NCBI GenBank assembly: GCA_051313645.2
Contig: JBNRSN020000010.1
Span: 131,006,001-131,070,000 of the forward strand
Length of the DNA: 64,000 nt
Direction: 5' to 3'
Source of the DNA: Centroscyllium fabricii
Taxonomy: Eukaryota
In this document: piece after piece, positions 11,506 to 23,179 of the stretch
Position numbering within the stretch: the stretch's first letter is position 1
Layout of the letters: every line of letters begins with the position of its first letter
The notes under the pieces: generated by a model
Database searches by the model: none
Seen by the model: the letters and a program-made list of their open reading frames with translations, nothing else
Told to the model about the DNA's origin: nothing
Translations under genes and position numbers: made by a program

Positions 11506-12359
11506 GTTTGCCAGGTCTTATCAGCTGACAGGCTCCTTTCACAAATAGATAGCTCCTTTACTTCCCTCAGTGCTTAAAGGGTTAATTGAGGGAGCTGGTG
11601 GTAAAATGTTTTCATGCTCTTCTTTCGCATCTTAATGCCTGAGTTTAAAAACCAACTATACTCCTGGGATGAAAGTCTTTGGCTGTGTGGGGCCAGTGTA
11701 CAATGAATTTGGGCAATCTCCGTGCAGCCCTATTGGAGGTGGACCAATAGCACAAAATTGTGTCTAATTCTGCATTAAAGTGGCAAATCAGGCCGCAGAG
11801 TGTGGAAAATGGGGAAATATGGGGGGTAGGGAGAGAGAATTGTTAGTCGAGGTAGGGAGAGAAGACGAAGCAGGAGTACTGTTCCTCTGATAATTAAGAT
11901 AAGCCACATTGGGTAGATAGGAGGAGTTCTGCATGCAGCAGTGCTATTTCTGACTTTGGGTACTGCTTGATGTTGATAATAGGTGCCTGAAATTGTCCCA
12001 AGGTACGTTATGGAGTGAATTAATTTTTCCCCTCTATAAATCACACATGTGACATTTGTTTTCTACATTAATGTTGCATTCTAAATGCAACATGGTTTTT
12101 GAAACAGAAGTGTTTCACTTTACCCTGCAATCTTGTTTACAACCTATCCATAGCACGTAGATTACTTTTGTCAGTCATCATCATGCCCTCTGAATGTGGT
12201 TAACTGTCCGCCTTCACCGCTGACTTGATGATAATCATTCTTTCCTACTCCACCCTCTTCTTGGCAGCCCACTTTCATCACAAGATAATTACAGATGAGG
12301 AAAGCCATTCCACCCATCATTTTATCCATCCAGAAAGTCCCTACTATTTTCTCCCCCAT

Positions 12360-12665
12360 TGAGATATCTAATGTTAAATGATTCCAGGTTTTTCGCATCC
12401 ACTGCTCTATCTGGAAGTCCTTCCCATGGGTTAATCGTACTTTGTGTGAAGAAGATCCTCCTGATAACAGTCTTAAGTTTACCTTTTATTAGTTTGAGCC
12501 CATGTTCTCTTGACCTACTCTTGCAATTTCATTTTAAATGATTTTCCAGACTTGTCTTTTCTGTATCCTTAACTATCTCATTTAACTCTAAAACATCATC
12601 TCCCAGTTGCCTTCTCTGCAGGTTGAAAAGCCCAAGTTTCTCCTTTCTTTCCTTACAACTAAGAC
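12360..12665 (-). mobile_element. Old CR1 3' fragment
   Basis: Degenerate similarity to the ORF2 C-terminal region of the other CR1 copies. Confidence 0.55.
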
Positions 12666-12718
12666 TTGCAGTGTAATTTTATCCTAACCTGCTGTTGAAG
12701 TCCATATTTATCCCTCAA

Positions 12719-13385
12719 TCATAGAACATAGAACATACAGCACTGTACAGGCCCTTGGGCCCTCAATGTAGTGCCGCCCTTAGTCCGTCTCTGATTTTTC
12801 CTGTCCCCCCTACTGTTCCTTCCCCTCCATGTACCTGTCTATCATCCTTTTAAAAGCACCCAGACTGTCCGCATCCACTATTTCAGATGGTAGCCTATTC
12901 CATTCCCCGACCACTCTCTGTGTAAAGAACCTGCCCCTGCCATCCCTTCTGAATCTTCCTCCTTGAATCTTGTGCTCGTGTCCTCTTGTTGACGTTCTTC
13001 CCGCCCGGGGAAACAGTCTCTGCACGTTTACTCTATCGATCCCCTTCATCATTTTAAACATCTCTATCAAGTCCCCCCTCTTCCTTCTCCGTTCCAGGGA
13101 GAAGAGTCCCAGCTCCCTCAACCTCTCCTCGTATGACTTTCCTCCCATTCCCGGCAGCATCCTGGTGAATCTCCTCTGCACCCTCTCCAGCGCCTCCACA
13201 TCTCTCCTGTAGTACGGTGCCCAGAACTGCACACAGTACTCCACGTGTGGCCTCACCAGTGACCTGTACAGCTGCAGCATGACCTCCCGGTTCTTAAACT
13301 CTATTCCCCTGTTGATGAAGGCCAATACACCATAGGCCTTTTTTACTGCTTTGTCCACCTGGGTGGCAGCCTTCAGTGATCTGTG
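12719..13385 (-). mobile_element. CR1 LINE 3' fragment with open ORF2 C-terminus (distinct subfamily)
   Basis: 182-aa ORF ..LYRSLVRPHVEYCVQFWAPY..ERVQRRFTRM..FFTQRVVGEWNRLP; CATAGAA-type terminal repeat. Confidence 0.92.
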
Positions 13386-13401
13386 TACATATACTCCGTA
13401 T

Positions 13402-13590
13402 CACTAAAACAGATCATCTGGTCATTATCACATTGCTGTTTGTGGGAGCTTGCTGTGTGCAAATTGGCTGCCGCGTTTCCTAAATTACAACAGTGACTAC
13501 ACTTCAGAAAGTACTCCATTGGCTGTGAAGCACTTTGGGACGTCTTGAGGTCATGAAAGGTGCTATATAAATGTAAAGGTCTTGCTTTCT
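13402..13590 (+). mobile_element. Deu-SINE (SacSINE1/AmnSINE1-related) 3' half
   Basis: CATTGCTGTTTGTGGGAGCTTGCTGTGTGCAAATTGGCTGCCGCGTTTCC..CACTTTGGGACGTC..GAAAGGTGCTATATAAATG, recognised as Deu domain plus L2-derived tail (recall). Confidence 0.75.
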
Positions 13591-13971
13591 GGTCAAGTGC
13601 CCGGATGAGTCTTGCCTTTGGATATGGTACATGCATCCTTCCTCAGCAGTTTCTGTCTACAGTAAAAATCCCGAGGGAGTACTGTAAAGGACTATATGTG
13701 CAACATTGAAAGGAAGCTGAAATGATGAGTATTTAAAGACAGTCATTTGATGGAAAAATGCTTCCCTGTGCTTTTCCCATCAAATCCACCCCCATGCAAA
13801 AAAAAATAACCCTTGTGGTGTGTGGTTGTGACCTTCATTGTATAATTAATGATTATAATGAAGTAAAATGTAAAAACATCGCTGTGCAGCAATTCACATT
13901 CAGTACTGTGGGCAATCATTTGCAGAAGGGAACAGAATTCGATGCCAACATTTTAATTATTTATTTTTTAG

Positions 13972-14062
13972 ACTTTCAGAAAAAGACCAGGAGATTGATT
14001 CTTTGCACCAAGAAACTGAGTCACTAAAGGCAGCTGTTAACCAGCAAAGGAAGAAAAACAAT
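13972..14062 (+). CDS. KTN1: KTN1 91-nt exon LSEKDQEIDSLHQETESLKAAVNQQRKKNN
   Basis: TTTTAG| acceptor, |GTAAGT donor; matches human 'ISEREKEISGLWNELDSLKDAVEHQRKKNN'. Confidence 0.95.
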
Positions 14063-14179
14063 GTAAGTGTAACTTTAAACAATGATTTGTGGCAGTTGTT
14101 TGTACTGCAACAGACCTTATTAAATATTCCTGACTGAGAGAACTATTGCAATTCAAGAACAATATAGATACAATTTTTT

Positions 14180-15415
14180 TATTGATTGATGGGATGTGGG
14201 CGTCGCTGGCTGGCTAGCCCTGCATTTAGTGGCCATCCCTAATTGCCCTTGAGAAGATGGTGGTGAGCCGCCTTCTTGAACCGCTGCAGTCCATATGGTG
14301 TAGGTACACCCACAATGTTGTAAGGAAGGGAGTTCCAGGATTTTGGCCCAGCGACAGTGAAGGAGCGGCGATACAGGTCCAAGTCAGGATGGTGTGTGGC
14401 TTGGAGGGGAACTTGTAGGTGGTGCTGTTCCCATGTGTCTGCTGGCCTTGTCCTTCTAAGTGGTAGAGGTCGCGGGTTTGGAAGGTGCTGTTGAAGGAGC
14501 TTTGGCGAGTTGCTGCAGTGCATCTGGTAGATGGTACACACTGCAGCCACAGTGCGCCGGTGGTGGAGGGAGTGAATGTTGAAGGTAGTGGATGGAGTGC
14601 CAATCAAGTGGCCTGCTTTATCCTGAATGGTGTCAAGCTTCTTGAGTGTTGTTGGAGCTGCACGCATCCAGGCAAGTGGAGAGTATTCCATCACACTCCT
14701 GACTTGTGCCTTGTAGATGGTGGAAAGGCTTTGGGGAGTCAGGAGGTGAGACACTCGCCGCAGAATTCCCAGCCTTTGGCCTGCTCTTGTAGCCATAGTA
14801 TTTTATATGGCTGGTCCAGTTCAGTTTCCGATCAATGGTAACCCCCAGGATGTTGATAGTGGGGGATTCAGCGATGATAATGCCATTGAATGTCAAGGGG
14901 AGATGGTTAGAGTCTCGCTTGTTGGAGATGGTCATTGCCTGGCAATTGTGTGGTGCGAATGTTACTTGCCACTTGTCAGCCCAAGTCTGAACGTTGTCCA
15001 GGTCTTGCTGCATATGGACACGGACTGCGTCAGTATCTGACGAGTCTCGAATGGTGCTGAACAGTGTGCAATCATCAGCAAACATTCCGCACTTCTGACC
15101 TTATGATGGAGGGAAGGTCATTGATGAAACAGCTGAAGATGGTTGGGCCTAGGACACTGCCCTGAGGAACTCCTGCAGTGATGTCCTGTGGTTGAGATGA
15201 ATGACCTCCAACAACCACAGCCAACTTCCTTTGTGCTAGGTATGATTCCAACCAATGGAGAGTTTTCCCCTTGATTCCCATTGACTTCAGCTTTGCCAGG
15301 GCTCCTTGATGCCACACTCGATCAAATGCTGCCTTGATGTCAAGGGCAGTCACTCTCACCTCACCTCTTGAGTTCAGCTCTTTTGTCCATGTTTGGACCA
15401 CGGCTGTAATGAGGT
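14180..15415 (-). mobile_element. CR1-group (L2/Crack/Daphne-like) LINE, RT to 3' end
   Basis: Frameshifted RT peptides ALDIKAAFDRVWHQG, GVPQGSVLGPTIFSCFIND, FADD, YKAQVRSVMEYS. Confidence 0.88.
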
Positions 15416-16247
15416 TTCTGTGAACTTCAGGAATTGCCATTATTGTTCAGTAAGAATCTATTAACTACATTTAGAGAATGGGTTTATTCTTTTCCTTTTG
15501 AGAAGCTTAGGTTGGGGTCAATGCACCAGCAAGGTTTAAATATAGTGCGATGAAGTAATTGAGATGGGGATGTGAAGCCTGGGTTTTAAATGTTACTACA
15601 TTGGGGAAGGGAGGGAGATGAGTGACAAACTTTAAGTTTTATTTTTCACAGAGGAGAAAAAGTGTGTAGGGCAGAGTATTTTGAATTTGGGGACAGGAAC
15701 ATTCAGAGCAGAATGACCATATGATGAAGATGAGCATTTTCTTTTGTCCTGTCGAAGAGTATCGGAGAAGAGCAAGAGTATCGGAGAAGAGCAAGAGCCT
15801 TCCTCGATGTGGAAGAACAGTATTCAAGTGTTGGATAGTTAGGAATTATCGGAAGTTCTAGAGCTGTCGATCCTCCCAGATTGGTCTGGCATCTCCCACA
15901 ACCGAGGATTGATAGCCCGAGCACTGCTGCTAGCAGCCTGGGACAAAAATACTTTCTGTTGATAGTTCGTGCCTGCGTGCCACTATAGTCCGGACCTGTA
16001 TTCTGCAGTGCTATTGGTAAATAAATCCTAAATCCACCAATAGCTGCTCAACATTCAACGAACGTCACCTTTGCCCACATTTTTCCAACCATGTACTGAC
16101 TGGGGTCACCTCCTTCTATAGAACCTGATGCTTGTGGGTTTAAAAAAAAGTTTGTAAAACTTAATCCTAACTTTTCAGTTTCAGGTGGAGCCATTTATGT
16201 CATGTAGCTGCTACTTGGGACATATCCTCCCTGTAATTTTAACAGTA

Positions 16248-16601
16248 CAGGTACACAATCCTTTATCCGCGACTCCAAAAACCGAAATTACAAATGACCT
16301 GAGTTGCGCCCGAAATATGACCTGACGCTCAGGCCATGACGTCCCTGATGCTCCCGACGCCCGGCCACGCAGGCCCCGATGCTCCCGGCACCCGACCGCT
16401 GATCTCCGATATTTTTACAAATAAACTTTACTGGAGTATTTATAAACTGCTAATAGTCTTTATTTATCCCACTTTTTGTGAATATTCACAAGGTTCGCTG
16501 CAGAAATATTAATGTTAATGCGACCATTTCGAAAACCGAAAATATCCGAAATCCGAGAGCCATCTGGTCCCAAGGTTTTCGGATAAAGGATTGTGCACCT
16601 A
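16248..16601. mobile_element. Tigger-like MITE, family 2
   Basis: TA|CAGGTACACAATCCTTTATCCG ... CGGATAAAGGATTGTGCACCT(A)|TA; same ends as 57823-58157 in opposite orientation. Confidence 0.82.
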
Positions 16602-16612
16602 TATTATCGTGT

Positions 16613-16621
16613 GTGTATATA

Positions 16622-16672
<51 letters not shown>

Positions 16673-16675
16673 ATC
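16613..16675. repeat. (TA)n microsatellite
   Basis: Seen directly, immediately after the MITE. Confidence 0.95.
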
Positions 16676-17156
16676 TAGGTTAGTTTAGATGATCATTACA
16701 GCCTGTAAGTATATTGTTTCCAAACCAAACTGTTCTTGTTTTCTTGTTTTGTCTTGGGAACTGAGGCATCTATACCAATCATCACAATGAACCTCTAGAA
16801 TGAATAACAAAAGTGCTGTCCTTATTGGGAATAAAGTAAAATTGACACTCTTTTAGCCTGTTTATAGCTACAAGCTGTTCTCTTTCTGGAGCACATGCCA
16901 ACGATCATCTACCAAGCACTCGCTCTTTCGGTAGCAAATAGAGCTACAAAAGCTGGCAAAACAAGCAAAGGGTGTGAGGCAAAAAATTGGAACCTTTTCC
17001 ACTCTTTAAAATAACTAGTCTGTTTGATATCCTCTCGCACTGACCCATGCTGTGTGTTTACTGTATCAAAACTAAGTATGCGCCTTCTCAATTGGTACAT
17101 GTTGCCAACTTCTGTTGAAGGCTTTAATATTTTGCAAAAAACCATAGCCAATTCAT

Positions 17157-19330
17157 GATAGAAACATAGAAACATAGAAGATAGGAGCAGGAGTAGGCCA
17201 TTCGGCCCTTCAAGCCTGCTCCGCCATTCAATGAGATCATGGCTGATCTTTGGCTGAGATCATGGCTGATCTTTCAAGTTCAGTACCCTGTCCCCGCCTT
17301 CTCTCCGTAACCCTTAATCCCTTTAGCCTGAAGAAATATATCCAATTCCCTCTTAAATATATTTAATGAACTGGCCTCCACTGCCCTCTGTGGCAAGGAA
17401 TTCCACAGGCTCACCACTCTCTGGGTGAAGAAATTCTTCCTCATATCTGTCCTAAATGGTTTACCCCTTAGCCTTAGACTGTGGCCCCTGGTTCTGGGCT
17501 CCCCCGCCATTGGAAACATTCTTTCTGAATCTAACCTGTCCAGGCCTGTCAGAATTTTATATGTTTCGATGAGATCCCCTCTCAATCTTCTAAACTCCAG
17601 CGAGTACAAGCCCAAACTACACAATCTCTCCTCGTAGGTCATTCCTGCCATTCCAGGTACCATCCTGGTGAATCGCCGCTGCACTCCTTCCATGGCAAGA
17701 ACATCCTTCCTCAGATGAGGCGACCAAAACTGTACACAATACTCAAGGTGTGGTCTCACCAGTGCCTTGTACAGCTGTAGTAAGGTATCCTTATTCCTAT
17801 ACTCGAACCCTCTTGATATGAAGGCCAACATACCATTTGCCTTCTTAACCGCCTGTTGCACCTGCATGCTCGCCCTCAGTGACTGGTGCACAAGAACACC
17901 CAGGTCTCTCTGCACTTCCCCATCTCCCAATCTATTGCCATTTAAATAATAATCTGCCCTCCTGTTTTTGCCCCCAAAGTGGATAACCTCACATTTATCC
18001 ACATTATAGTGCATTTGCCATGTATCTGCCCATTCCCCCAACTTGTCCAAATCGCACTGGAGCTTCTGACATCCTCTTCAGAGCCCACCCCCCCCTCCTA
18101 GTTTAGTGTCGTCTGCAAATTTGGAGATGTTGCATCCAATTCCCTGGTCCAGATCATTAATATATATTGTGAACAGCTGGGGTCCCAGGACAGATGCCTG
18201 CGGCACCCCACTAGTCACCGCCTGCCACTCAGAAAACGAGCCGTTTATTCCAACTCTCTGTTTTCTATCTGCCAGCCAGTTCTCTATCCACGTCAATACT
18301 TTGCCCCCAATCCCATGAGCCTTAATTTGCATGCTAATCTTTTATGTGGGACCTTATCGAAGGCTTTCTGGAAGTCAAGGTACACCACATCTACTGGCTC
18401 TCCCCCATCTATTTTACCAGTTACTTCCTCAAAGAATTCCAATAGATTAGTCAAGCACGATTTACCTTTTGTAAATCCATGTTGACTCTGTCCGATCCCA
18501 TCACTATTTGTCAAGTGCTCCGCTATTACATCCTTAATAATGGACTCTAGCATTTTGCCCACTACTGATGTAAGGCTTACTGGTCCATAATTCCCTGCTT
18601 TTTCTCTACCCCCCTTTTTAAAAAGTGGGGTAACATTAGCTACCCTCCAATCCATGGGTACTGTTCCCGAGTCTATCGAGGTCCGGAAAATGATCCTTAA
18701 AGCATCTACTATCTCCAGGGCCACCTCCGTAAGTAGCCTAGGATGTAGATTATCAGGCCCTGGGGATTTGTCGGCCTTCAATCCCTTCAACTTCCCCAAC
18801 ACCATATGCTTAGAAATACTGATTTCTGTCAGCTCCTCCCTTGCATTAGTCCCTATGTTTCCCGATATCCCAGGGAGGTTATTTGTGTCCTCCTTTGTGA
18901 AGACAGAACCAAAATATGAATTTAATTGGTCTGCCATTTCCTTATTCCCCATTATATATTCCCCTGAATCGGACTGCAAGGGACCGACTTGGGATTTTAC
19001 CAATCTTTTCCTCCTGATATACGTATAAAAGCTTTTGCAGTCGGTTTTTATGTTTGCCGCAAGCTTACTTTCGTAATCTATTTCCCCCCTCCTGATTAAT
19101 CCCTTTGTCCTCCTTTGCTGTATCCTGAACTGCTCTAAATCTTCAGTTCTGGTGCTTTTTTTGGCCAATTGGTATGTCCTTTTTTTGGATTTTATGTTGT
19201 CCCTAATTTCCCTTGTTATCCACGCTTGAGTCACCTTTTTAGGTTTATTTTTATGCCAAACCGGTATAAACAAGTTCTGTAATTCTTCCATTCTATCTTT
19301 GAATGCTTGCCATTGTCTATCCACTGTCAA
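17157..19330 (-). mobile_element. Young CR1 LINE, about 2.2 kb, 5'-truncated, ORF2 broken by about two frameshifts
   Basis: ORFs of 345, 84 and 256 aa with SPGPD, YLDFQKAFDKVPH, FADDTKL and RPHLEYCVQFWSP motifs. Confidence 0.95.
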
Positions 19331-20216
19331 TCACCCCAGAAACACCGCCCAATCAATGAACACAATCAGTATCATAAAATGCTCATCATTGAAACATGGT
19401 GCCACTGGCACATTTTCCTTCGGTTCTCAAACAGCACCTGCAAAGAGCAACTGAACCACATTTCCTGTGTTGGTCAGGAGAAAATTGAGAAACAGAAAAA
19501 GCTAAAGAAACATAACCACCTCTGATCAGGAATTGCTGATCTATGTACAGCGTTTATCTCTTTCCACCCACCCCACCCTTCCCATCAATACCAAGCACTG
19601 ATGCACACCCTCTCGATGAACAGAGCATGTTGCATCCAGGCTAATTCAACAGATCCATTTGTGCTATGACAGACCGTGTTCTTTCTGTGAAGAGGAGGCT
19701 GGATGCCAGAAGTCAGTAAGTCCACCGGATCAACCAGAATGTCCCCATCAACTTGGGCAAACCTACGCAGTTGCAAGGCAGGGGAGGAGCGAGGAGGTGG
19801 CCAGCTGTCTGAGCACTGATGAAAGAAAGTTCTAAAGTTTAAAGAGATATTAAATGCAGTTCAGGTTTTCCTTTGGAGATATATATATATAATAAACAAA
19901 TATAAAAATTGAAGCTGCCTTGGATATAAGCAGCCATCAGCACAGTGTCATTGCCTGGATGATGAGTGTAAACCAGCAGGTTTGTCAGAATTAATCCTGA
20001 TGAGGGGAAATGACTTTTATTGAGGAAGAGTTTATCCCAGGAGCCAAACAGTGGGGCAGATAACAGGAGACACATGATTTTAGTCGGGACAGTCATGAGG
20101 CTACTGTAATTGGCATAGATTTGGAAGGGAAAACTGCTCAGGGTTCTTATTTCTCAACATTATCCATGGACTCATGCTGCAGGTATTGCTAAAGCTGGTT
20201 GAGAGAAATTAAGTAG

Positions 20217-20582
20217 TGTCGGGGTTATCCAACCTCCTACTCAAATTTTTCAGTAAAGAGACGCAGTGCACAGGAGCACAGGTGAAACAGGTCTTTATTC
20301 AGCAAGCTCTACAAAACGACTGTTGGAAAAGAGCGCAAAAGCGCAAAGCATTCAGGGACAAGTGATGGACGGTTCCCTCGGCCACTCAGGAACCAGGACC
20401 GGGCTGTCGGCTGCCCAGTGACAAAATGTAGGCGGGGCAGACTGTGAGATGGGGATTGTGACTTAAAGGGAAGACCCAGGGGTTTGCCCGGGTAGCTACG
20501 CTACAGTAGATCAGATAGATGAGCTGGATGTGGCTGAGCACCTTCGATGTAATCAGTGCAATAGTACAAAATTTGCAACACA
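20217..20582 (-). mobile_element. Possible solo LTR
   Basis: TG..CA termini, minus-strand AATAAA (TTTATT near 20295), imperfect flanks AGTAG/ACTAG. Confidence 0.3.
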
Positions 20583-20629
20583 ACTAGAAAGCTCAGTACA
20601 AAAACTACAACACAAGGTTTGATCAGGCT

Positions 20630-22068
20630 AATTGGGGGAGGATAGCAAACTGTTGGAATGGATTAGAAGAGAGAAAACATTTGTGTTCCCTCCCCAAAGT
20701 GATGGGAAGCCAGCCACAAGACACTGATCTGGGACCACCTTTGTTCAATATGTACATTAGTGCTTTGGATGTTGGCCTAGAGGGAGTGCTGCCAAAATTT
20801 GCAGATGATACTGAAATAGGAGGTATGGTTAATTCTTTAGAGGGCAATAAAAAAGTGGAATGGGATATTGGGGTGGGGAATGGGTTTAAAAAGTGACGGA
20901 TTGAATTCATTGTCACAATGTGAGGTGATTCTTGATTTTTTAAAAAGTGCAGTAATTATACTCCTGAATGGAAGTAGGTGCTTTGCTGTGAAAGAGCAAA
21001 AGGATTTCGGGGTACTGATTCACAGGACAATAATGGCAGCACCTCATGTTGGTAAGACTCTTAACAGAAAAAAGCTAATGAAATTCTATGTTTTATTATG
21101 AGGTATAGAGCAGGGGTCCCCAACCTTTTTTTGACCGCGGACCATTTTGGGCTTGTCAGTTTTTTCACGGACCGGGGTGGTGGGGTTGCTGGCGGAGTTT
21201 TTTTTTGACTGACCCGGGGGGGGAGGGGGTGCTGCCGGAGTTTTTTTGGACTGACCTGGGGGGGGGGGGGTGCTGGCGGAGTTTTTTTTGACTGACTGGG
21301 GGGGGGGGGGGTTGCTGGCGAGGGTTTTTGGACGGTTAAACGGCTTCCGTCTGTGCCTGTGCCTCGTTAAACGTCTTCCGAGGCACAGACGGAAGCGGTC
21401 CAAAAAAAAGCGTTGTATAAAAAAAGGCACAGACCCTTCTGCGGACCGGTAAAAATGTCCTGCGGACCGGCGGTTGGGGACCGCTGGTATAGAGTATAAA
21501 AGCCAGGAGGTAATGATGAACCGTTAGAATGCTTTAAGACCTTAATTAGAGTATTGTGTGCAATATTGGGTTCAAACTATAGGAAGCATGTTGAGGCTTT
21601 ACAGAGGGTATAACACATATTCACGAGGCTGCTTCCTGGTGAGGATGAAGAAAGACTTGAAAATTGGGCCTTTGTTCATTAGAGCAATGCAGCATTATGA
21701 TGGAAGTGTTTAAAATTATGAAAGGGTGGGACTGAGTAGTGTGCAGCAGCTGGCTTCCAATAGTTTAGGAGTCGAGAGTGAGGGGCAATAGATAGAAGAT
21801 TAAATGCAAGAGATTTAGAACAGAGGGGAGGAGAGACTTCTTCACACACAATTGTGAGGATGTGGAATTCACTTCCAGGGTTAATTATTATTGAAGCAGA
21901 AACTATCAGCATTCAAGATTCATTTGGAAAGATGGATGAAGGAAAAGGGGATAATGGGATATGAGAACAGAGCAGTTAAATACGATGATAAAATGGTTGC
22001 ATGCGTGGAGGATAAATACCAATACGGACTGCTTTGGCTGAATGGCCTGCTTCCATGTTGTAAATTCT
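20630..22068 (+). mobile_element. Old CR1 LINE (RT to 3' end) interrupted by a hAT MITE
   Basis: LGPPLFNMYI..KFADDT remnants; CR1-type tail GGCTGAATGGCCTGCTTCCATGTTGTAAATTCTAT. Confidence 0.8.
21111..21486. mobile_element. hAT (Charlie-like) MITE with 8-bp TSD
   Basis: GTATAGAG|CAGGGGTCCCCAACC ... GGTTGGGGACCGCTG|GTATAGAG; internal G-run/T-run repeats. Confidence 0.92.
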
Positions 22069-23092
22069 ATCTCTTTGTATGACGTCATGCGTAATCAAGC
22101 CGTACAGACCAAGGTCTCCGGTTCAATCTCTGGGTATATTGATTTTAGCCGGGGCAGTCATAGGACTGTTATAATGGGCATAGCCACCAAGGATTTGGAA
22201 AGGAAAATTGCTCAGGGTTCCTATTTCTGAACATTATCCATGGACTCGCGCTACAGGATCGGGCCCACCTGTGTTGGGCCACCAAGGTTGACTACCCTCC
22301 CATCGCATACTTTTCAAGGTTTACACACACAAAATGGCCACTTGGGAGAGGTACTGAAGAGCAGGCCGTCTTCCCAACAAGGGCTCCACTCCTTGGGGAG
22401 AAAATTTGTGAGATTGTTTTCTTTAATTGTTGCCGTATTAAATCTGTTTGATGCATTTAGTAGTTTCCGAAGATTCCATCAACACCTTGGATGGCCTTTA
22501 CTGATCACAGAAGGAGCCCTTGCTCTATCTTTCACCTTGCTGCAGTGAACATTCAGCTGACACCCCCCACCCCCCACCCCCAATAATGCATTCTTGCTCA
22601 GGTCTACTGTGAGATCTTTTGGTACTTTTTCCTAACTTAATTACTGTGCCTATTCCATTTGTTTTCTTGAAATAAAACTGCTGTGCTGGAAATGCATAGG
22701 TTAGTTTGCTTCTGAAAGAGAAATGTTAACTTGTCTTTTTCAGATGTTGTTGTGTAATTCTAGCATTTGCAGTTTATTGTTTTATGTTTTCCTGTTCTAT
22801 ACTGCAGTCCTATTGTCTTGGATTCAACTAACATTTGGCATCAGTAAAATTGTGAAAACCTGTTTTCCTCTTTGTCAACAAACAACCTTTCTTTCAACCG
22901 TAGATGTAAACTTTTGCTTTTTCCCCCAGCTTTGTCTTGCTGACGAATGGAGCAAAGTACTTTATATGCATTTAGTGATTTACACTTTAAATTCACAATT
23001 GTTAATCCCCAGATTTTTTGTTTAAACATCTAATCATTTACAAAATTTCTTGGCTGAACTGAAATACTGTAGTTCTTTCTAAAAATAATTAG

Positions 23093-23179
23093 GAACTTCG
23101 GGAGAAAAACTGGAAAGCAATGGAAGCATTGACATCAACTGAAAAAATGTTGCAGGACAAAGTGAACAAGACAGCCAAG
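23093..23179 (+). CDS. KTN1: KTN1 87-nt exon ELREKNWKAMEALTSTEKMLQDKVNKTAK
   Basis: Near-identical to human KTN1 'DLREKNWEAMEALASTEKMLQDKVNKTSK'; TAG| acceptor, weak AAG|GTTGTA donor. Confidence 0.96.

Noticed and set aside
10654-11577. Cluster of overlapping 100-180 aa GC-rich ORFs
   Set aside because: Lie within the GC-rich DNA transposon and its direct repeat; no transposase motifs; high GC explains the lack of stops
17280-19330. 345-aa and 256-aa reverse-transcriptase ORFs as a functional or domesticated gene
   Set aside because: 5'-truncated, frameshifted CR1 ORF2 with a standard CR1 3' tail and many similar copies in the window
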